From: Candidatus Avoscillospira avicola
GTDB taxonomy: Bacteria > Bacillota > Clostridia > Oscillospirales > Oscillospiraceae
Direction of reading: 5' to 3'
Length of the DNA: 64,000 bases
Assembly (NCBI GenBank): GCA_018712245.1
Contig: DVHE01000056.1
Location: 16,980-80,979 of the forward strand
Within the stretch, counting starts at the first letter, position 1. The number at the start of each line of letters is the position of its first letter. Below are positions 8,251 to 14,430 of this stretch, in pieces. A program made the translations under genes and the position numbers. The notes under the pieces were generated by a model, which worked only from the letters and a program-made list of their open reading frames with translations, was not told the DNA's origin and made no database searches.

Positions 8251-8380
8251 AGATGAATTCCCCATTCCCGGTGAAATAGATGCAAACCAGCAGCAGCATC
8301 ACGGCGTAGATCAGCCAGGTGATTGCCCGGCCTCCCCGCGTTTTGGGGAGCGATTGCAGTTTTTTCAAGAGAGAAGCCAC
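8240..8380 (-). CDS. DltX-like 46-aa membrane peptide (MASLLKKLQSLPKTRGGRAITWLIYAVMLLLVCIYFTGNGEFIYEL)
   Basis: Own translation. GTG at 8378..8380 lies 10 nt after GGAGG (complement of 8391..8395); alternative TTG start at 8366..8368 overlaps the upstream stop. Basic N-terminus, one TM helix, C-terminal G-rich linker plus FIYEL. Stop at 8240..8242. Confidence 0.6.
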   Translation of the reverse strand: MASLLKKLQSLPKTRGGRAITWLIYAVMLLLVCIYFTGNGEFIYEL

Positions 8381-9249
8381 GGGTCAATCGCCTCCGTAAA
8401 GCAGTATGCGCCATACTCATAGTTAAGATGGCCGATGTCGTAAAAGCAGGATGCGTCCAGGGCAGACTCCATGTCCAAAAACTCCACGCCTTTTTCCTCG
8501 CACAGCGCCTTGGCCTGGTCGTAGACGGCCCGGGTCTCAGTGGAAACCTCCAGCGTGGGGTTGAGCGGCATCCAAACGGCCCGCAGCCGAATGCCGTTTC
8601 GCTGGCAGTAGTCCGCCAATTTGGAGAGGGCCGAAAGATTCTCCTGGAAGTCCTCGATGGGAAGGTGGGAATAAGGAGACTTGGCCACCTTCTCCTCCAG
8701 GGCCTCCTGGGAAAGGGAGCCGGTGTAGTGGGATTTCTGCCGGTCGGCATAGAGGACGGCGGGCGCCTGCCGGGTCAAGAGGCTCTTGGCCCCCTCCTCC
8801 AGGAAGATGCGCAGCCGGTCTCGCTGGAAATAGCAGTACGGTTCATAGAAGGCCTTGTGCCAGGGATAGGTCGGGTTGGTTTCAAAATCGTCATAGAGCG
8901 TCAGGTCGGAAAGGCCCACCACCAGATCGCTTCCCACGGTGATGATGCCTTTGTCCACCATCTCCCATAGGTCCTCCACGACGCCGTAGTCCAGTCCGAG
9001 GTTTACATAACCGCTTTCGCTGACGTCCTCCCGATAGGCGGAGATCACGACGGAGTTGCCGAAAAAGACTTTGTCCCATACCTCCTCCGGGTGGTCGCGG
9101 CGCGTCAGCTCATAGTCATTGAGGACGAAGCGCCCACTCTGGATGAGATAGGGCTGGAACAGGGCGGCCACGACGGTGTCCAGCACGATGACGGCCACCA
9201 ACAGCAACAGCAGGAAGCTGTTTCGCTTGCAAAATTGGAGAAATTTCAT
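8365..9249 (-). CDS. membrane-anchored SGNH-like protein, DltD/AlgJ-type O-acyltransferase partner
   Basis: Starts MKFLQFCKRNSFLLLLLVAVIVL (N-terminal anchor; ATG 9247..9249 abuts the MBOAT stop). FFGNSVV is a candidate nucleophile block and FYDIGHLN is a DxxH block near the C-terminus. Confidence 0.65.
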   Translation of the reverse strand: MKFLQFCKRNSFLLLLLVAVIVLDTVVAALFQPYLIQSGRFVLNDYELTRRDHPEEVWDKVFFGNSVVISAYREDVSESGYVNLGLDYGVVEDLWEMVDKGIITVGSDLVVGLSDLTLYDDFETNPTYPWHKAFYEPYCYFQRDRLRIFLEEGAKSLLTRQAPAVLYADRQKSHYTGSLSQEALEEKVAKSPYSHLPIEDFQENLSALSKLADYCQRNGIRLRAVWMPLNPTLEVSTETRAVYDQAKALCEEKGVEFLDMESALDASCFYDIGHLNYEYGAYCFTEAIDPWLLS

Positions 9250-10412
9250 AGCCGGAAGAACCCCCTTATGGCCTGCAGCAGCTGGGAACCGCTCATGGTG
9301 AAGAACATGGCGTTGACGGCAAACAGGCCGAAGACCACCAGGCACCGGAAGACGTAGAGCGCCTTGGGCGTTCTGCGCTTATCCACCGTGGTGAGGCCGG
9401 TGAGATTCTCCAGAGCCAGGACGCCGCCCATATATAGGCCGGTGCAGAGGGCCGGAAGGCTGAACTCATGCCAAAGGCTCATCACCAGCATGGTGACGAG
9501 GCCGATCAACGCGGAAATCCACTTGTTGAGCCGCTTCCCGTTGACCACCACGAAGATATGCTCCCGGATGAAGTCGCTGAGGGTGACGTGCCATCTCCGC
9601 CAGAACTGGGTGAAGCTGGCGGCTTGCCACGGTTTTTTGAAGTTTTCCGGCACCGGGATGCCCATAAAGGTGCCAACGGCGATGGCAATATCGCTGTAGC
9701 CGGAGAGGTCCACATACAAAATGAGGTAGCTCAGCACGGCCAGGGCGCCGCTGACATAGAAGTGGGACGACATTTGCAGCACCCGGTTGAGCGCCTTGAG
9801 CAAAAACGCCGCCACCACCAGCTTTTTGAAAAGGCCCAGGATCAGCCGCTTGACCGAGGCCTCCGCCGTGGAAGCCGTCAGGATCTTGGGGGCCTGATAC
9901 GCCTTGAGGAAGTCCCGGTAGCGGAAGATGGGGCCCGCTGTCAGCACCGGGAAAAAGAGCAGATAGTTGGCATAGGCGAGAAGCGGGATTCTTTCCCCGG
10001 TGTAGTAGACATAAAATACCGCGTCCACCGCCTTGAGCATATTGTAGGCAAAGCCCACCAAGACGATCCACTGGGGCAGCGCCGGGAAAAAGGCCGCGCT
10101 GCGGGTGTAAAAGAGCGGGGCCACGTCCAGCAGACAGAACAGTACGAAACAGAATTTCCGGCCCCGCCGGATTTTCCCGATGCTCCAGGCCAGCAGGTAG
10201 CTGACCAGGGTATAGGCCGCGTAAAAGGCCAGGAGCTTCCAGTCCACGTAGAGCAGAAGCCCCAGGTCCAGCACCAGCAGCCACGGTGTCAGCGCCTTGC
10301 CGGGCCGGAAGCGGGCCAGCAAGGCGCTGGCCGCTGCAAATAGAACAGCCGCTGCCAACATCAATAGCAGGGTGTCTACCTTGAGATACCACATACGAAA
10401 TAATTCTCCCAT
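9246..10412 (-). CDS. MBOAT-family membrane O-acyltransferase (DltB/AlgI type)
   Basis: 388 aa and polytopic. FTQFWRRWHVTLSDFIREHIF and the downstream conserved His in MSLWHEFS are the MBOAT signature. The start may be the Met at 10394. Confidence 0.85.
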   Translation of the reverse strand: MGELFRMWYLKVDTLLLMLAAAVLFAAASALLARFRPGKALTPWLLVLDLGLLLYVDWKLLAFYAAYTLVSYLLAWSIGKIRRGRKFCFVLFCLLDVAPLFYTRSAAFFPALPQWIVLVGFAYNMLKAVDAVFYVYYTGERIPLLAYANYLLFFPVLTAGPIFRYRDFLKAYQAPKILTASTAEASVKRLILGLFKKLVVAAFLLKALNRVLQMSSHFYVSGALAVLSYLILYVDLSGYSDIAIAVGTFMGIPVPENFKKPWQAASFTQFWRRWHVTLSDFIREHIFVVVNGKRLNKWISALIGLVTMLVMSLWHEFSLPALCTGLYMGGVLALENLTGLTTVDKRRTPKALYVFRCLVVFGLFAVNAMFFTMSGSQLLQAIRGFFRL

Positions 10413-10433
10413 CGCCCCCAGGGGGCGCTTTGA

Positions 10434-10685
10434 TTAGCCCTTCAGTTTCCGCTCCACCACTTCCGCGATCTCGTTGACGGTGTTCATGGGATAGAGCGTG
10501 ATATCCTTCTGGGTGATCTGGATGTGGAAGGTCTCCTCCAGGAAGAGGACGATCTCCGTGGCGCCCAGCGAGTCCACAAAGCCGTAGTCAAAGAGATGGA
10601 CGTCGTCGCCGAAATCGGGGTCGTCGGCCTCAATCTGAAAATGCTCCAGAATATAGCTGCGCAGCGTGTCTTTTACATTGTCCAT
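10434..10685 (-). CDS. DltC-like aminoacyl/acyl carrier protein
   Basis: 83 aa and acidic. Phosphopantetheine-attachment motif GFVDSLGATEIV. Confidence 0.85.
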   Translation of the reverse strand: MDNVKDTLRSYILEHFQIEADDPDFGDDVHLFDYGFVDSLGATEIVLFLEETFHIQITQKDITLYPMNTVNEIAEVVERKLKG

Positions 10686-10694
10686 GGTGATACC

Positions 10695-11186
10695 TCATTT
10701 CTTATCATTGGATTGCAGCGTCTTGCTGCATATGGTGGCCACAGGCGTCATGCCATGGCCGGACCAGTAGGCCTGGGCTGCCGCATTTCCCGGGAGGATT
10801 TGCAGCTGCATGACGTTTATCCCGTTTTCCTGGAGCCAGGTTTCTGCAAAAGCCGTCAGTCGCCGGGCCAGGCCCTGGCGGCGGGCGGCGGGGGATACAT
10901 AGAGATCGTTGAGGAAGCCCACGCTGGCTGCGCCCTGGCAGAGATACTCCGGGCTCAGCCGCAGGATCGAGCAGAACACAAAGCCCAATAGCGTCCCGCC
11001 GGTGTCCTCCGCCACAGCGGTGAGGATCAACCGGGAGCGGATGCGCGTCTCCAGCACCCGGGGCAGGGCCTCGTCGTTGAGGTCATAGTTCATACCGCAG
11101 GTCAAAAGGCCCTGATGGTAGCTCCGATAGAGCGCCAGCAGCTGGGGAAGGTCCTCCTGCCGGGCCTCGCGAATGGTCAGTTCCAT
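10695..11186 (-). CDS. GNAT-family N-acetyltransferase embedded in the dlt-like operon
   Basis: 163 aa. LYVSPAARRQGLARRL is the acetyl-CoA binding motif. 9-nt gaps to both neighbours. Confidence 0.8.
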   Translation of the reverse strand: MELTIREARQEDLPQLLALYRSYHQGLLTCGMNYDLNDEALPRVLETRIRSRLILTAVAEDTGGTLLGFVFCSILRLSPEYLCQGAASVGFLNDLYVSPAARRQGLARRLTAFAETWLQENGINVMQLQILPGNAAAQAYWSGHGMTPVATICSKTLQSNDKK

Positions 11187-11195
11187 GAAACCACC

Positions 11196-12707
11196 TCAGA
11201 GCATGGCCTTGAGGGCGACGCGGTCGATCTTGCGGTTGGCGTTCAGCGGCAGGGCCTCCATGCAGACCAGCTTGCCGGGGAGCATATACTTGGGGATATA
11301 TTTCCCCAGCTCCACGTTGAGCCGCCGGAGCGTCAGCGCTTTGGACGTTTCGACATAGAGAACGATCCGCTCGTTCTCCGCGTCGAACACGGCACAGGCA
11401 TTGGCAATGCAGGGGACGCACCGGGCGGCGGTCTCAATGTCGCCCATTTCGATTCGGTTGCCGCGGAGTTTGATCTGGCTGTCCTTCCGGCCTACGTACT
11501 GGATGAGGCCGTCGGCCTCGCGGTAGGCAAGGTCGCCGGTGCGGTACATGGGCTCCGGGAAGGCGCGGTTGAGGGGATTTGTGACAAAGTGGCGTGCTGT
11601 CTCCCCGGGATTGTTCCAGTAGCCCAGGGCCAGCTGGCTGCCCACCACGCAAAGCTCGCCGGTCTCCCCTGCCGCGGCCTCAGTGTCGTCGTCCCGGAGG
11701 ATCAGCACCCGCATATTGGGCCGGGCATAGCCGATGGGCAGCGGGTCGGAGTCAGAAAATTCCCGGTCCACGTTGTAGATCGTGCAGTCCACGGTGATCT
11801 CCGTGGGGCCGTAGAGGTTGGAGTAGAGGCAGTTCGGCAGCGCTTTGCGCCAGATGTTCAGCTGCTTGTTGGGCATGACCTCTCCGGCGAAGACCACGGT
11901 CTGGAGGTCCGGCAGCGCCACGGTATCCAGCGCGCCGGAGTTGGCCACGCTGCACATGACGGTGGGCACCCAGAAGACGCAGCTGACCCGCTTTTCCGCC
12001 ACGTACTCCATCAGCTTCACCGGGTACATAAAGAGGATTTCCGGGATGATTAGCACCTTGGCCCCGGTGAGGACCGCGGCGTAGAGGTCAAAGACCGAGT
12101 TGTCAAAGTGGAAGCCCGACTGGAGACCGATGATCGTGTCCTTTGTAATGCCGTAGCTCTCGGCGATGAAGGCGGCATAGTCCAACACGCCCCGGTGGGG
12201 AATCACCACGCCCTTGGGTGTACCGGTGGAGCCGGAAGTGTACATAATATAGGCTGGGTCTGTATCCACGGTGGCGTCCACCGTGCGATAAAGAGCCTCT
12301 TCGTCTTCGTGACCGGCAGTCAAGGTGACATAATCCAGAAGCAGAGATTCCGGCAGGTCCAGGCTCTGGAGCTTGCCTCTCCCCTCTTCATTGGTGATGA
12401 TGCAGCTGGGCCGGAGGTTCTGGAGGGTCTTTTCGGTCCGGTTGGCCGGGGCGGTATAGTCCAGCGGTGCGTAGGGCGCGCCGCAGTAGAGGGCGGCGTA
12501 AAAGCTGACGACGCAGCCGCAGCTCTTGGGCAGGTAAACGGCCACAGGGCCGCCCTTTTTGACGCCGTGGGCCAGCAGCGCCGTAGCGGCAATGCGGGCC
12601 GCAGTGCGCAAGGCCTTATAGGTCATTTCACCGTCGCTGTCCTCCAGGGCGACGGCCTGGGGCAGCTGAGCGGCGGTGCGCTCCAGCAGGCAGACAATGG
12701 AGTTCAT
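11196..12707 (-). CDS. stand-alone amino-acid adenylation enzyme, DltA-type (paralog 1)
   Basis: 503 aa. Core motifs YIMYTSGSTGTPKGV, FHFDNSVFD, NLYGPTE, GELCVVGSQLALGYW, YRTGDLA, GRKDSQIKLRGNRIEMGDIE, NRKIDR. No C or T domain. Confidence 0.9.
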   Translation of the reverse strand: MNSIVCLLERTAAQLPQAVALEDSDGEMTYKALRTAARIAATALLAHGVKKGGPVAVYLPKSCGCVVSFYAALYCGAPYAPLDYTAPANRTEKTLQNLRPSCIITNEEGRGKLQSLDLPESLLLDYVTLTAGHEDEEALYRTVDATVDTDPAYIMYTSGSTGTPKGVVIPHRGVLDYAAFIAESYGITKDTIIGLQSGFHFDNSVFDLYAAVLTGAKVLIIPEILFMYPVKLMEYVAEKRVSCVFWVPTVMCSVANSGALDTVALPDLQTVVFAGEVMPNKQLNIWRKALPNCLYSNLYGPTEITVDCTIYNVDREFSDSDPLPIGYARPNMRVLILRDDDTEAAAGETGELCVVGSQLALGYWNNPGETARHFVTNPLNRAFPEPMYRTGDLAYREADGLIQYVGRKDSQIKLRGNRIEMGDIETAARCVPCIANACAVFDAENERIVLYVETSKALTLRRLNVELGKYIPKYMLPGKLVCMEALPLNANRKIDRVALKAML

Positions 12708-12915
12708 GGTGGGTCTCCTTTCAAATGACGATCCGGGTTGTCAATGGCTCCCCTGTGTAAGGGGAGCTGGCTCTCGAAGCGAGACTGAGGGGTTGTCCAC
12801 GCCCGACGAACAACTGCTGACAAGTGTCGGGAAAGCGAGCAGCCATTGCCGCTTCTGATCCCCTCCGGCACGGCGAAGCCGTGCCACCTCCCCTTGGAGA
12901 CCAAGGGGAGGCTAA
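12708..12915 (-). repeat. hairpin-rich GC-rich spacer between the two ligase genes (REP/MITE-like element candidate)
   Basis: Perfect stems: 11 bp (12887..12911, loop AGA), 8 bp (12867..12885, loop GAA), 7 bp (12747..12767). No U-tract after any of them. It is the only large gap in the operon. Confidence 0.5.
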
Positions 12916-14430
12916 TCAAGTCTCAAGGCTTTTGCGGAGCGTCACCCGGTCGATCTTGTCATTGGCGGTGTGGGGGAGCTTCTCCATAGGCACCAGCTTG
13001 GCTGGGAGCATATACTGCGGGATATACCGCTTCAGCTCCAGGTTGAACTTCCGCAGCGGAAGCGTCCCCTGGGTCTCCACAAAGAGGACGATCTGCTCAT
13101 GCTCGGCGTCGAAGATGGCGGCGGCGTTTTCCACGCCCGCCACACACATGGCGGCGGTTTCGATCTCGCCCAGCTCAATGCGGTTGCCCTTGAGCTTGAT
13201 CTGGTTGTCCTTTCTGCCGCAGAATTGCAGCAATCCGTCCGCATCCCAATAGGCCAGATCGCCGGTGTGGTAGAGCCGCTCGGCGTAGTCCGGCGTCAGC
13301 GGATTTTGCGTGAAGGCCCGGGCGGTAATTTCCGGAGCGTTCCAATAGCCCAGCGCCACACCGCTGCCGATGACGCAGAGTTCTCCCTGCTCCCCCGGCG
13401 CGGCCTCCTTCCCGTCCTCGGTCAGCAGCACCACGCGCATATTTTCGCAGGCACGGCCAATGGGCAGAGGGTCGGCGTCGTCAAAGGCCCGGTCCACGAT
13501 ATAGTAGCAGCAGACGTCGGTAATTTCCGTGGGACCGTAGAGATTGGCGTAGGTGCAGTGGGGCAGCGCCTGGCGCCAGAGGTTCAGCTGCTTATTGGGC
13601 ATGACCTCGCCGCAGAAGGCGACGGTTCGGAGCTGGGGCAGCTCGATGCCCTCCAGGGCGCCGGAGTTGGCCACGTTGATCATCACTGTGGGCACCCAGA
13701 AAATGGAGGTGATCTCCTTTTCCCGCAGGAATTCGGGCAGCCGCAGCGGGAAGAGCATCAGGACATCCGGGATCAGCACCAGCTTGCCGCCGCAATGGAG
13801 ACTGCCGTAGATATCGAAAGTGGAGTTGTCGAAGTAGAAGGGCGCCTGGTTGGCCATGACGGTCGTTTCGTCAAAGCGGAAGGTCGTCACCACCCAGTCT
13901 GCGTAGTCAATAATCCCCCGGTGGGGAATGGTGACGCCCTTGGGCGTACCGGTGGAGCCGGAGGTGTACATAATATAGATGGGGTCGGAGTCCACCACCT
14001 GCGCCAGGGCGGAAGCCACGGCGGCTTCGTCCACCGGTGCGGCAGACAGCTCCTCAATCAGCGCTACCTGCGCGCCCAGGAGGTCGATGGCGGTGAGATT
14101 TTCCGCCAGCTCCCGGCTGGTGATGAGGACGCCGGGCGTCAGACTTTCGACGATTTTTTGAAGTCGCGTCATGGGAATGTGGGAATCCACCGGGGCATAG
14201 GGGCTGCCGGCGTACATGGCGCCCATGAACGCGCAGACCATCCCGGCGCTCTTGGGCAGATACACCACGACGGGACGCCGGGCGCTGCCCATCGCCAGCA
14301 GGCCGGAGCCAATGGCCAAGGCACGCTGCCGGTAGGCTTCATAAGTGAGGCTCTCCTGCTCATCCTCCAGGGCAACGCGGGCGCCGAAGCGTGCCGCGGC
14401 CTCGTCAAGCATACAAACTGCTGAATTCAT
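12916..14430 (-). CDS. stand-alone amino-acid adenylation enzyme, DltA-type (paralog 2)
   Basis: 504 aa. YIMYTSGSTGTPKGV, FYFDNSTFD, NLYGPTE, GELCVIGSGVALGYW, YHTGDLA, GRKDNQIKLKGNRIELGEIE, NDKIDR. Start overlaps the upstream stop (ATGA 14427..14430). Confidence 0.9.
   Translation of the reverse strand: MNSAVCMLDEAAARFGARVALEDEQESLTYEAYRQRALAIGSGLLAMGSARRPVVVYLPKSAGMVCAFMGAMYAGSPYAPVDSHIPMTRLQKIVESLTPGVLITSRELAENLTAIDLLGAQVALIEELSAAPVDEAAVASALAQVVDSDPIYIMYTSGSTGTPKGVTIPHRGIIDYADWVVTTFRFDETTVMANQAPFYFDNSTFDIYGSLHCGGKLVLIPDVLMLFPLRLPEFLREKEITSIFWVPTVMINVANSGALEGIELPQLRTVAFCGEVMPNKQLNLWRQALPHCTYANLYGPTEITDVCCYYIVDRAFDDADPLPIGRACENMRVVLLTEDGKEAAPGEQGELCVIGSGVALGYWNAPEITARAFTQNPLTPDYAERLYHTGDLAYWDADGLLQFCGRKDNQIKLKGNRIELGEIETAAMCVAGVENAAAIFDAEHEQIVLFVETQGTLPLRKFNLELKRYIPQYMLPAKLVPMEKLPHTANDKIDRVTLRKSLET

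Noticed and set aside
12704-12919. 71-aa ORF that exactly bridges the two ligase genes (TTGA overlap at its start, ATGA overlap at its end).
   Set aside because: The composition (R/W/H/P-rich, no hydrophobic core) and its coincidence with perfect hairpins argue for non-coding sequence. It is kept only as an alternative under the spacer finding.
12970-14424. Very long ORFs antisense to, or out of frame with, the genes called above. Examples: 333..1271 -, 4698..5546 -, 12970..14424 +, 18480..20465 +, 40663..41889 +, 44563..45420 +, 55926..57755 +, 58501..60057 +.
   Set aside because: Their translations are Arg/Gly/Ala/Pro/His-rich with no motifs. Each overlaps a frame with unmistakable family motifs. 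These are typical shadow ORFs of GC-rich DNA.
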